Assembly: GCA_964036045.1 (NCBI GenBank) | Contig: OZ038379.1 | Span: 5,890,001-5,954,000, forward strand | DNA length: 64,000 bases | DNA from: Eutreptiella sp. 'Long Island Sound 2002' | Lineage: Eukaryota > Protista > Euglenida | Direction: 5' to 3' | Part shown: positions 10,507 through 21,512 of the stretch, in pieces | Layout: every line of letters begins with the position of its first letter | How positions within the stretch are numbered: position 1 is the first letter of the stretch | Program-made: the position numbers and the translations under genes | The notes under the pieces: model-generated | The model's database searches: none | Seen by the model: the letters and a program-made list of their open reading frames with translations, nothing else | What the model was told of the DNA's origin: nothing

Positions 10507-11862
10507 ATGCCGGCAAAAGGCGACGTAACGAACGGGGACGCCACCATGACGCCTGCGGAGGGCGGCCCCAGCGTTGCCGCAGCATCTAACTCCTCCCTCC
10601 TCGCATGGGCAAAATGGGTGCGCGGCCCATACCAGGCCCCACTCAATAGTGCCCATTTTGAGCAGCAACTCCACAAGTGGGAGCTCGCCAGCCTGGAGGC
10701 CCTCACAAAGCAAGAGGTGCCAGAAGGGGCGGTGGCAGCCATGACGACGCGGGCAGGCCTAGCCCTAACCACGGAAGAGGCCACGCATGCCATGGCGGCG
10801 TACAAGGGGCGACGCCACCTACAGCCCGACTTCATTGCCGGAGTCTTCCACCGCGTGCCTAGCAGAATCACTGATGAGAGCGCAATAGCCCAGGGCCAGG
10901 GGGCAGTGCCCACACAACCGCACCCGACGGTACTGAAATGAGCACGCTGGGTCGCAGGCCCGTACGCTGCCATTGCGGGTCACAACACCTATGCGCACGA
11001 CTTGGACAGACGGGAGGTCGACTTCGAGGAGTACGTGATGGAGGTCGAGGCCACGACAGAGCAGCTCGGCGCATTGGTGGCGGCAGCGGGCCTGGACCTC
11101 AATCGGACGGCGGCAGTACGGGCCTTGGGCGCCTACGCTGCCCGCAAATCCCTCCGACCGGACCTACATGAGCTCCGCTTCACAGGTGTCCCGGCCGCAG
11201 ACGGAGCGGGCGCCACGACGGGTGACAACGCCACAGGCCAAGGCCGGATGCGTGAAACTGTGGCACTGCTCTCGGCCCAGAAGCGGGAGGTAGAGCAGAT
11301 GCGCCAGTCCCTCATCCCACCACTCACCCAGGTAGCGGTAGACCGCTTCCTCACGGAGGCCCTGCCATATGCTTGGATGACCTCCTTGGCGGCCTGCCTG
11401 AAAGAACTCTCCCTCGAGGACCCCACTGGTGCTTGGGCCAAGCAGCCACTTCCGTCCACTGTGTGGCGCGTCCTCAATGAGGGACTCCGCGCCAAGAGGC
11501 AGGGCCGTCCATCAGCCCCAGCGCTGACAAACCAACCCGGGCTGCCAGGGCAGATGGCACCATTGCAGCACCAGGTGATGGCGACTGGATCGGGCACCGT
11601 GTGCTTCAACTGCGGCAGTCGAGGGCACATCGCGCGCATGTGCCCACGGAAGGCTCTTGGGGGCCAAGTTCAGCAAATGGGACTCCACACCTTGTGGGTG
11701 CATCACAACCAAGCCTACGATATGAACGCACCACTGCCAGCCCCATGCAAACGATGCGGGCAGATGCATTGGGCACGGTTCCCGTGCCCCCAACCTCAGT
11801 CGGGGACGATCACCAACCCCACCACACACCAGCCCAGCAACCGCAAGCGCACAGGGGGCTGA
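10507..11862 (+). pseudogene. Gag-like ORF with CCHC zinc knuckle
   Basis: One frame with a single TGA (10939) at a position where the paralogous motif has Trp; knuckle CFNCGSRGHIARMC and a second CKRCGQMHWARFPC. Confidence 0.7.
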
Positions 11863-13021
11863 CTGGAGTGCGACCTTGCTGCAACTCCTCCAGCAGCAGC
11901 ACGGGGGGCAGCCACCGTCAGCTTGAACCGCCGTCCCCCCGCCCCCCCAACCCCCCACCCCGCACCACCAAGCCCCAGTGGCTGGCCAAGGAACAGCCAC
12001 CGTGGCAGACGCATGGGGCGCGTACCGCGAGGCGCTCAAAGCAGGCATCCGCGATAGCCTCGCAGACACCCTGGCGTGCGCCGCAAGAGCCTTCGCCAAG
12101 GGCACAAGGGACACATACCTCTGCGCTGTGCGCAACACCCTCATGGGCAACGCCGACGACACCGATCTGCAGTTGGCCATCGATAGCCGCCTCTTGCTCC
12201 TTGGGCACCGCAAGCGCGGCGGATCAGTGGCACGCAACACCGTCTCCGGATTCCAGATGCTGGCCAAACTGCAACTCCTCCCAGAGGTGGTTACCGCGCG
12301 AATGTGGCTACAAGTGCGAGCAATCGACAAAGGCACGGCGCACCTGGCCAAACCCCGAATCTGGGCGACAGGGCAAGACCTTGAGCGGCTAGGAAAGTGC
12401 AGGCACCACTGGGCCTGGGCCAGGACATTCTTCGCCGTGGCCTGTGCCGGTGTGTTTGCCCTTCGGGTTGGCGACGTTGGCAGCTTCACCTGGGACGGCA
12501 TCAGCACCCCAGGGTTCCTCACTTTCTGGGATCAAAAGGTCAATGCCGGGTGGGTTACCTTGCCCCTCAGCCCGTTCTTGGACCGCTGGAGGGGCTACAT
12601 CTACCGATTCCGCCGACCATACCAACTGCCGACCACCCCCATCCTCCTCGCATCCCGGTGCCTCCACGACATTCTGGAGGGCACACCCAGCGCCCACATC
12701 ACCTGGCACCCGTGGAAACGATTTGCTGCCGCGGCGTACATCTGGCTTGGGGGAAACACAGTCGGCCTCCAGCAATGGGCCTGATGGAGATCCCCCAGGC
12801 AGGCCTGCCACTACGCACGCCACCCCCCGACGTGGACACTTCCAGAAACAATGTGCTTACCCCTCCCTGCAAGGTTCACAGGCTCGCCGGCACGGGACCT
12901 TGACTACGGCATTATCTGCGCGCGGGACGTATGGCCACGAGAGGCGTGGGCGCCTACCGCAGCGCGAGCACCGCGACGGACGCCCCCGCCAGCACACGTT
13001 GTCGGCAACGCACACCTCTAA
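11860..13021 (+). pseudogene. Tyrosine recombinase of a DIRS-order retrotransposon
   Basis: AFAKGTRDTY N-terminal motif, LRVGD (catalytic R), DQKV (K), WHPWKR (HxxR-like), and QQWA*WRSPRQACHY (W and catalytic Y); TGA at 12782 is plausibly CGA>TGA. Confidence 0.8.
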
Positions 13022-14379
13022 AACGACGACTCATCCTGCTCAGGGGAGGAGTCGGTCGGTCACAGTATCCAGCGCCATCCGAGCCCTCCGCCGCAACCCC
13101 AAGCAGATGACCAGCCTGAAGATGCAGCGACTACGTGCCGAGAAATGGGGCACACGGACGACGACCGCACTGAGCTGCGTGGTACGGCAGATCACGCGCC
13201 ACCTGCCCACGCACGGCGTGACAGTGACGACATGCAATCAGCCAAAGACGGTCCCACAACCAATGACGGGGACCAAGCAGTCACCCAGACAACATTGGTC
13301 GATGCTGGCACCAGCCCTTATATCACTAGCGACGCTCCCAGAACCACAAACAACAGCACGATGGTCAGCCACGACGTTGCCACAGGCACTGACCACAGTG
13401 CACGAAGTCCAGATGCGCACCTGGCACCACCACCGCACCATGCAGCCCCCCCCCCCCCCCCCCAGGATCTCAGCCAGACGTCGACCGCCGCCTTTTCTGG
13501 ACCCCGCGGCCTGAATCACCGCCCCCGAGACCCTACCGCACGAGTTCATCGCCTGGACAAACCACGCCGGGCGCACCTGGACCTGTGCGGACTCCGGACG
13601 TTGACGACATGCCCATCGACGAAGCGGAAACGGGGACGCAAGCGGAAGACACGTCGAGCTCCAGCAGCCCAGCCCCAGACCCCGTCCCAGCCTGCACCCA
13701 TCAAACCCCTCACGCAACTCGCCCACAAAGCAAGCTCGACCAGATGGCCGGAGCACACGCTACCGACGGCGAACCCGCAGGCCCCACCGCCACAGCCATC
13801 GCGCTCCAGCCACAGCCGCCAGCGACCGAACGCCGCCACAAACGGCAGCACGTGCCCACGGCAGAGACCCCAGTGCCACACCGAAAAATACGACCGGCAT
13901 GTCCGCAGCTTACTCACACAGCCGAGGCCGCAGGGCCCAATGCACAGCCCGATAACGCTCCAGCACGGCCAGACCACGCCCCATTTTGGGGGTATGACCT
14001 CCTCGCGCCTCGGAAAGGGACAAGGTTCCTCCAGTGGCACCCAGGACCCATGCCACTGTCACCGGTGGACCGCACCGGATCAGCAGGGCGCTTTGACGGC
14101 ACTGCAGGACACCCTGAGCAAGGCGGCCCATCGCATGTCCATGAAGGGACCGAGAGTGAGCACCATCCTTCCGTTGCTGCAGGACATGGCCATGCTCACC
14201 ATGAATTGGGCGTGGGACACAAACACATGGTTGGGGAGTACTGACCACCTGTGCGCTATCATGGCAGTGCTCGCTGATCGCGACCCTCGGGAAGACGACA
14301 TCTCGCCCATTAGTGACACTAGCCCCCGCCCCAAGCAGCAACCCGGTGAGACCCTGCCCCTGCATGTGGCCAGCAAGGG

Positions 14380-15858
14380 GATAGGGGCGGCGGGCTCCAT
14401 ACCGATCAACCCCGAGGTGTGGAACAAGCACCTCCCGTGCGACATGAAGCGGGCACTCCTAGTGGCGCCCGACTTGGGGGACTCCGACGACAAGGCCCTG
14501 GCTGTATGGGCACACGCCATGCACAGGGACGGACTGCTGATCCGTTGCCACCACGGCACGGCTGCCAACATGCGCGCCTTTCCCAAGCCTAAGTCGCAAG
14601 AAAAGGGGGCACTGATCGCCGACCTCCGCCTCCTCAATGCGCTCATGGGGAAACCACCACGGCCGTTCGAGCTCCCCAGCATGGCGCAACTGGCTGCCCT
14701 CCTTGAACTCTTGAAGGCACACAACGTCAAGGCATTCTTTACCAAACTTGACGTCTCCAACATGTTTTGGTCCGTATTACTCCCGCCTGAGCACTCTACC
14801 AGCTTCCGCTTCCGGGTGCAGGGGGTCACATACGCCATCCCCAGCCTACCTTTTGGTTGGACGGCCAGTCCCAGCATGGCGGTGGAAGTGCTGGCGGCCT
14901 ACCTCACCCTTCACTTTCCTGGGGAAGTGATCCTCATCCAGCATGTTGACGATGTCTTGCTGTTCTCTGCTGACCGGGAACGCCTCCGGCTGGAAACGAG
15001 CCTGCTCACAGATGAACTCCGCGCTGCAGGTTGGATCATCAGTGCCAAGTCCCAAGTAGAGCCGACCGCCCATATTACATGGATGGGTAAACACCTGGAT
15101 GGAAGCTAGTACTCCTTGAAGCAGTCCGCAGAGTACATGGCCACGGCCACGGCCATGTGGGTGAAGCTGGCCACTAAGGGCTATGACCAAACGCACTATG
15201 CGCCGCCTCTGCGGAAAGCTGATTTGGGCCCCCCGGCCTGGGCGCGGTGCTATGCCGTTCCTTAGTGGGGCGCTTGCATGGCTAAACTGGGGCCCCAAGC
15301 AGTCCAAGTACACCCCGCCGGCAGTGCTACGTGGGCTTATGGAGGCGCTTGCCCTTGGTATCACTCCGTGGAAAGCACCGCCAAATCTGAGCCCGACAGA
15401 GGAGACTTGGTACGTAGACGCAGCATATGACGACTCCCGTTGGACTGCTGCTCTATGGACCCCGGGCCGCGGCATGCGCATCTCGAGGCTACCGACATGG
15501 GTGGCCACCCAACAGGGGGCTAAGCTCGCTGCAATTGAAATGGCCACCAAGACGGCGGCCTACGAGGGGCTGACGCAGCTCCACCTGGTCGCCGACAACA
15601 TGTCAGCCATCTGGTCCACCATCAGGAACAAAAGCAGCACTGCTAGCCCGGCGCGGGCTCGGCACCTGAGGCGGATCGCACACACCCTCCGCTGGTCCCG
15701 CCTCAAGATGCGCATCAGTTGGATCGCTTCACGGTTTAATCCAGCTGACTGTCCTTCCAGGGTGTCCACTTATGATTCCTTTGTGCATATGGCGGCGGAC
15801 GCGGAGGCCACGTACCGTGCCCTGCAGCACTACCCCCTGCACGCTCCCAAACACATGG
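14380..15858 (+). pseudogene. DIRS-type reverse transcriptase and RNase H; last codons resume at 24864-24886
   Basis: RAFPKPK...LIADLRLLN, TKLDVSNMFW, SLPFGWTASP, QHVDDVLL, ITWMG; RNase H YVDAA, LVADN, SRFNPADCPSR; TAG at 15107 and a +1 shift near 15183. Confidence 0.85.
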
Positions 15859-16295
15859 TGTCTGGTGTCTGGTGTCTGAGTGCCTGGAACCGATTCCACC
15901 GGACGCACCGGATACGGCTGCCCCGGCCAGGCTGGGCTGGACGTCGCCACACCGCGGCGGGCGAAGCGTCCATCGCGTCGCTCTCGTCTCCCCCTCGGTC
16001 CCCCCCCCCCCGACCCCCAGTTCCCCGCTGCCATCGGCCGGACGCCACACGGCGCGGGCCGGAGGGGGGTGTGGGCTGTCTACCGCCTGCCCATGCACTG
16101 CACAGTGTTGGGACGCTGGCGGGCCTGGGACGCTGATCTGCAAGCACGACATGCACTGCACAGCATCCGGGCGTTCTCTGGTCGTGTCGAGTAGCGAGCC
16201 GCGGGTCCCTGCGCACGCAGGGCCGGCATCAGGCTGGAAGGGCGGTGTGACAGCGCACGCTGCAGGGACCTCTGCCCCTCTGTCGAGGTGCGTCT

Positions 16296-19200
16296 TTATA
16301 GCCTCCAGTACTCCAGCTGGGTGCCTGGCTCCCAGAGCAACACTGCATCCGGGTTTAACTGGTGGACATATAGATCCGCTGGCCACTGCGCACGCAGGGC
16401 TGGCGCCAGGGCTGGGGTCAGCAGCCATACCGGTGGTAGGTGCTGCTGCAGCGCGCGCCACAGGAAACACGTGTCGTCGGCTTCGAAGGCGACTACCACA
16501 AGGCAGCCACTGCCGGGGCCAAGGCTACGGGGCGGGGGTAGGGGCAGGGCAGACAGGGTGTCCGGCGCCAGCTCCCAACGGGGCAGCACGCGGACCACCA
16601 TCCCAAGCAGTGCTGACTGCCGGTACGTTAAAGCGCCGGGGCGTCGCTCGCACCCCGCATTAACCGCATGGCCGACAGCCGTAGCCCGCCACAGCAAATG
16701 GCTTAGCTGCATCACCGGGCGGCTTAGCACGTGCAGTAGCTCTGTGACCATCGCCTTGTCCTCATCGTCTGCTCCAAATATCTCCGCCGTCATGGACACA
16801 AGGGCGTGCCGCTCAGGAGGGGCTGCCACGCCCGGGTGTAGGGGGTCCCACAGACCCACGACGCCGTCGGGTACGGCAACCCAGTACGCTGGGTGCTGGG
16901 CGGGCCCTTGAACGTGTCGGCGAACTCCGTCCAGCCAGCACACCGCTCCCAACGCGGAGACCACGAAGCCCAGGTAGTGCCAGCAGGCAGCTCGCAAGTG
17001 CACCACCAAGTCCTCGACCACGCCGTCACAGAACGGACAGCGCAACGCGGTTAGGGCTGCTGGTGGGTGACGGCGGTCCAAGAGGCGCAGCGCGTAGACC
17101 CGTCGAAGGGCTAGGCGGGGCACTGATCCCGCCAGGAAGGCGGCCACAAAAGCGGCGTGGGCCGGTGGCGAAGGTGGGGGCTGGAGCCGCGGCAGGCTGC
17201 CGGCTTGGGCGGAGTCGCTCTGCACTGATTCGAAGGCGGAGACGTCGACGATCAGTTGCCCAGTCCAGAACGCGGCCACGCGCCCGTGCAACAGTGGCAA
17301 CCAGGGCGCCGTATATGCTCGTGCTTCATGGCGTCCGCGACAAGCGAGGTCGTGGGCCTCCCGGTTGAGCTGTGTGAGCTGAGCCTGGCTGTCAGTGTTA
17401 TGCCCAGCGCGCAGCCAGATTTCCTTCGGAGGGCACGCGCCCCAGCGTGCAATGGCCTTGCGGTATAGTACGTTGAGGACCGAGAAGGGAGTTGGGCCAC
17501 GCGTCAGGTTGAGGTGCTGCGCCCCACTCGCGTCGGAGACCATGTACACCTCCGTGGCGGTCGGTGGCGGCAAGAGCATTGCAGTTGTCTTGGCCACCCA
17601 CTCTGCGTCCGTGGCGGATGCCTGATACGCGCGCAGGCCCCACCAGGCCCGATAGAAGACGCCGAGACTCGGGTGCCAAGCTGCCAGGCCCCCACTGAGG
17701 CGGCTCCCCAAGAGGCCCCCGTCGATGGCGACGACGACGTACTCGAGGGCCGGCAGCGGGTCCAGGCTGCCGGTACTGTGGATAACCATGGGGCTGACGG
17801 AGGGGCTGGGTAGGGGGACGAAATCGAGGCCCAGAGGCAGCCATACGCGGCGCATGACGGCGCCCTCTGGCGCCCATCCTGCCACGTCGTCGACCTCCAG
17901 AAGGTAGCGGGCCGCCGACGCCGCCAATGGGTTCCGGCCCCAGGACGCCGCGTAATAGGTGCTGGCCAGCAGGAGGGCGGCTCGCGTGAACAAGTCTGGG
18001 GACTGGGGGCCACCAGCAGTCAGCGGCAAGCGGAGGAAGCGCCGGGGTGCCCAAGAAGGTAGTCCGAACACTCGCCGGTAGTGCTTGTCCACGGAGGCCT
18101 GCATGGCTGCCAGTTGGAGGCGGGGGAAATGGACTCCGCGCCATACGTAGTCGCACGCGGACAGGGCGTGCACATGAAGGGCTCGAAGTTGCAGTATGGG
18201 ATGGTGGTCGGGGCGGAGGGCGGCGGCCGAGACCGAGCGGATGAGCTGGAGGAGCTTGGAGATCTTGGCTGTCATGGGCAAGTCGTGGAGGAGGGGGATC
18301 TTCAACGGGGCCGGGGGTTGGGTGGACGAGGGCTTGTCCGAGAACGGCACGTGGGTGGAAATCGCATGGAGGCCACCGGCCGTCAGTCGCACACCGTGAA
18401 ATTGGAGCTTGGAGGGGTGGACGATGCGGCCCACTCCAGTGGAAAGAACGGAGCACGTCGCCGCGTCTGCTGTGACCGCGCGTAGGGAGTTGCCGAGGAA
18501 GTGGCGGTCGTCGACGAACATGACACGGTCACATGGCAGCGGTGGGGAGTGGAGGTCGAAGGCGTTGGGTATCGTGAGGCCACCGGGCTGGCGGGCAAAG
18601 CAGGAGTTGATCAGGCACTGGGTCGCTTGGAATCCCTCTCCTGCGAAGGAATCACCCTGGTTGCGTCCCTCGCCCGTGCGGAACGGCGGCGCCAGGCCTT
18701 CGCTGGTGACGGGGTGGATCCGCAGGTGGCTGTAGACCCGATCTGCCCACGCCCCGAAGTTCCACACGTCGGGAAGTGCCGCCATGAGCGGAGCGCAGGC
18801 ATCGCGAGGCTCCCGCAAGAAGGCATCGCTTTCATCCCAGTCGCCGTCCCAGAACTCTCCCGCGCTCTGGAAGGCGGCCACTGCGCCAGCTCGGCAGACC
18901 AGCGTTAAAAACTGGGGCAGGATGGCGGTGCGGTAGCTGAAGACATCTGGCGTGTAGGCTGCTGCTACCTCCAGGGACTCATTCAAGCGTCCGCGGCCAA
19001 TCCCAGTCCAATCACGGATGATGGCCGACTCCATGGTGACCGGGCGATAAGAGCCGTAGAGGTGTCGTGGGCCCTTGTGCTTGTAGATCCCCAGCTGCAC
19101 GGCATCGAGGACCAGGCTGTCTACTCCTACATCCGTCTGCGCCAGAACGTTATATTCTCCGATAAGGATGCCGCCCGTGCCGCGCCTTGTGGCCCGCGCA

Positions 19201-20795
19201 GGGACGTTGTCCAGGGAGGCGGATAACGAGCCTGCCCGGTCAGTGTACATCGCCAGCTCCGGCACGGTGAGAAGCGGGGCCCGCGCCCGAGCGCGGGCGT
19301 ACGCTCGGCGGTCTGCTTCATTGGACGGGTCGAACCCGGCCCGGAGTAGATGCTGCAGCACAGGGAGGGGCAGAGACAGGGCAAAATCGACGTCTCCCCA
19401 TGGCGAGGGCTGCTGGGCCAGGCTGTACAACTCTGGGTCGACGGAAATGAAGCGATCCTGGGTTTCGTAACTGGCCTGGGCGGTGATTTCCTCCAAACGT
19501 TGCTGGCGGCTGTGAAGCTGCACTTCCGGGCTGGGCCGGATGTCCCGATATGGTTCCAGACGAGCACAGGGGAGGCGCATCGAGGACCTGGTGAAGGTGT
19601 TGACCGATACAGCGCCGAGTTCGGCCTCGCGTTGTCGAGAGAGGCGTTCGTCCGCGACCGCCTGAGCTTCGTCCAAGAAGGCGGAGAGGTCATCAGCGGT
19701 CCACGGCGGGGGACACCGGCGAAGGCGGCGCAGCGTGGTGGAGAGTTGTAGGGGTCTCGGGATGTACTGTTCAGCCACCGTGTGGAGGGCACGTAGGTAG
19801 GCGGGGGCTGGAGTCGGGGCCAGGGCCAGCCAACCCCAGACGACGGAGAGGGCCGCTCGAAATTGCCGGAACTGAGCCGCTGTCGCAGAGCGCCAGCGGA
19901 ACAGTCTCCAGCTGTAGGGGTCTGTGCGACCGGCGGAGAGGGTGAAGGATACGTGAAGGCCCACATGGGAGCTCGGGGTCGGGATCACTTCGTAGACGGC
20001 ATCGAGGACGGGTCCCCTGATGAACACGTGGTCGATGGACGTTTGGCGGGGGCGGCCTGCCACGGTGGTGAAGTTGGTGGGCACTCCTGGGGGTAGCACT
20101 CGACGCCACAGGTGGAGGGCACCGCGCTGGCCCAGGGCAGAGGCCAGTGGCGTTCCCGACGCTCCTGTGGAGTTAAAATCACCGAATAGCAGTGACAGGG
20201 CCGCGCCGACGCGGCGGACACACGCATCCATCTGGCGGACCTCCTGCAGCCACTCACGGTATCGCAGGTGGGGGCGGAGGTGCAGGTTGACGGCGAGGAC
20301 GCGGCCCACAGGGAAGAGTTCATACAACACTGCCATCCAGTGGTGGCCGTCGTGGCACAATTCTCCTGGTGAGCCGCGCGAGAGCAAGGAGCGGCGCACT
20401 GCCAGGAGCAGGCCCGCTCCGCGTCCGTCGGATTCGCCGCGGTGAACTGCATACCGGCGTGGGATGAGGGCTTCTGCGCGGGCGGTGTCCCAGCACTCCT
20501 GCAGGCCCACGAAGTCAGGGTCCAGGGCTTCGAGGGTCGCCGGGAGGGCGCTGGTGTGCTGTTGGGCCCCGCCGAGGTTGTTGTTGTACAGGGTGTACGC
20601 GCCGGCGCCGGGCTGCTGCTGGGGGTCGGTCGGGTCTGTGGGGGACGCGCGGGCCCATGGTGGGGGGTTCGTCACCTCGGCTGGGGGCATTGGTACGCAG
20701 GGAAGTCCCGAGGACAGGCCAGCGAGGCCGAGGGCTCCGGGGCAGGGCTGCCCGGGAAGGTACGTGACACAGCGGTCTGCCACGTCAGCCGCCAT
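16296..20795 (-). CDS. LINE Pol: APE endonuclease - RT - RNase H - CCHC zinc finger (1499 aa)
   Basis: APE: NNNLGG, GLQEC, GDFNS, IDHVF, SSH. RT: YRPV, DESDAF, QGD, FVDD. RNase H: IDGG, AEWV, VSDA, AHDLA. Zinc finger: CPFCDGVVEDLVVHLRAAC. Confidence 0.9.
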   Translation of the reverse strand: MAADVADRCVTYLPGQPCPGALGLAGLSSGLPCVPMPPAEVTNPPPWARASPTDPTDPQQQPGAGAYTLYNNNLGGAQQHTSALPATLEALDPDFVGLQECWDTARAEALIPRRYAVHRGESDGRGAGLLLAVRRSLLSRGSPGELCHDGHHWMAVLYELFPVGRVLAVNLHLRPHLRYREWLQEVRQMDACVRRVGAALSLLFGDFNSTGASGTPLASALGQRGALHLWRRVLPPGVPTNFTTVAGRPRQTSIDHVFIRGPVLDAVYEVIPTPSSHVGLHVSFTLSAGRTDPYSWRLFRWRSATAAQFRQFRAALSVVWGWLALAPTPAPAYLRALHTVAEQYIPRPLQLSTTLRRLRRCPPPWTADDLSAFLDEAQAVADERLSRQREAELGAVSVNTFTRSSMRLPCARLEPYRDIRPSPEVQLHSRQQRLEEITAQASYETQDRFISVDPELYSLAQQPSPWGDVDFALSLPLPVLQHLLRAGFDPSNEADRRAYARARARAPLLTVPELAMYTDRAGSLSASLDNVPARATRRGTGGILIGEYNVLAQTDVGVDSLVLDAVQLGIYKHKGPRHLYGSYRPVTMESAIIRDWTGIGRGRLNESLEVAAAYTPDVFSYRTAILPQFLTLVCRAGAVAAFQSAGEFWDGDWDESDAFLREPRDACAPLMAALPDVWNFGAWADRVYSHLRIHPVTSEGLAPPFRTGEGRNQGDSFAGEGFQATQCLINSCFARQPGGLTIPNAFDLHSPPLPCDRVMFVDDRHFLGNSLRAVTADAATCSVLSTGVGRIVHPSKLQFHGVRLTAGGLHAISTHVPFSDKPSSTQPPAPLKIPLLHDLPMTAKISKLLQLIRSVSAAALRPDHHPILQLRALHVHALSACDYVWRGVHFPRLQLAAMQASVDKHYRRVFGLPSWAPRRFLRLPLTAGGPQSPDLFTRAALLLASTYYAASWGRNPLAASAARYLLEVDDVAGWAPEGAVMRRVWLPLGLDFVPLPSPSVSPMVIHSTGSLDPLPALEYVVVAIDGGLLGSRLSGGLAAWHPSLGVFYRAWWGLRAYQASATDAEWVAKTTAMLLPPPTATEVYMVSDASGAQHLNLTRGPTPFSVLNVLYRKAIARWGACPPKEIWLRAGHNTDSQAQLTQLNREAHDLACRGRHEARAYTAPWLPLLHGRVAAFWTGQLIVDVSAFESVQSDSAQAGSLPRLQPPPSPPAHAAFVAAFLAGSVPRLALRRVYALRLLDRRHPPAALTALRCPFCDGVVEDLVVHLRAACWHYLGFVVSALGAVCWLDGVRRHVQGPAQHPAYWVAVPDGVVGLWDPLHPGVAAPPERHALVSMTAEIFGADDEDKAMVTELLHVLSRPVMQLSHLLWRATAVGHAVNAGCERRPGALTYRQSALLGMVVRVLPRWELAPDTLSALPLPPPRSLGPGSGCLVVVAFEADDTCFLWRALQQHLPPVWLLTPALAPALRAQWPADLYVHQLNPDAVLLWEPGTQLEYWRL

Positions 20796-20894
20796 GATGG
20801 GGGGTGCGCGCTTGAAATGGACACAAAAAGCATGTTGGAGGAGCAGCTGGGGAACATGGGAGACGATGGCGGCAGTGTGCGGGTACGGGCGGGC

Positions 20895-21512
20895 TCAGGC
20901 GGGGCAGACGGGGGCGGCTATCAGGGCTGCTGCTGGGGCGGGAGGGCTCAGCACCCACGTACCCGTCGGCGTGCGGGCGTACTGCACTGGAAGCCCACAA
21001 GAGGGAGGGTAGGGGGGATCCTGCTGCGGCCCAGGACCACTCCAGCAAAAAATCCATTCGTTACCAACCCACAAGGGCGGGGTGGCACAGCCGCCCGGCG
21101 GCACCACTCGTAATACCTCCTGTAGCCACATGCGGAGGGATCCCAGGGCAGCCGCCCATACGGAGCTAGGGGTGCGGGCCAGCACTGTGCCGAGGTCAGG
21201 GAGGGGAGGGTGGAGGGTCGCGCCTGGCTGGGAGGGCAGGTGGTAGGGCTGAAGGAGTGTCGAGTGGCCACACACTTCGCACTTCCACCCCAGCAGGTGC
21301 GGGGCGAAGGGGATGCGCAGGGTGCCGCATGCTAGGCAGATAACGCCGTCGATGCGGCTAGGCGCGCACTTGGGGGCGGCGTCCGACCATTGTTCCAACG
21401 CACGGAGGGCCGGGCGGAGGCGGGACCACGGTCGAGACGCTAGAGCGACTGCGAGAGCCCACACTACGGTGTCGGGCGCGCTACCGACAGGGAGCACGTG
21501 GGGAAGGTGTAG
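20895..21512 (-). CDS. Small middle ORF with a C4 zinc-ribbon-like motif, in frame with ORF1 and Pol
   Basis: CLACG-x-CEVCG cysteine pairs; bounded by single TGA codons; no ATG start. Confidence 0.55.
   Translation of the reverse strand, partial: LHLPHVLPVGSAPDTVVWALAVALASRPWSRLRPALRALEQWSDAAPKCAPSRIDGVICLACGTLRIPFAPHLLGWKCEVCGHSTLLQPYHLPSQPGATLHPPLPDLGTVLARTPSSVWAAALGSLRMWLQEVLRVVPPGGCATPPLWVGNEWIFCWSGPGPQQDPPYPPSCGLPVQYARTPTGTWVLSPPAPAAALIAAPVCPA

Noticed and set aside
8585-15109. Stop-codon reassignment explaining in-frame TAG/TGA in the YR element
   Set aside because: Frameshifts also occur, each stop is one transition from the expected codon, and the long intact ORFs here contain no such internal stops.
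20660-20700. 2A-like ribosome-skipping peptide (AEVTNPPP) before the APE domain
   Set aside because: Does not fit DxExNPGP; the invariant G and the D/E spacing are missing.
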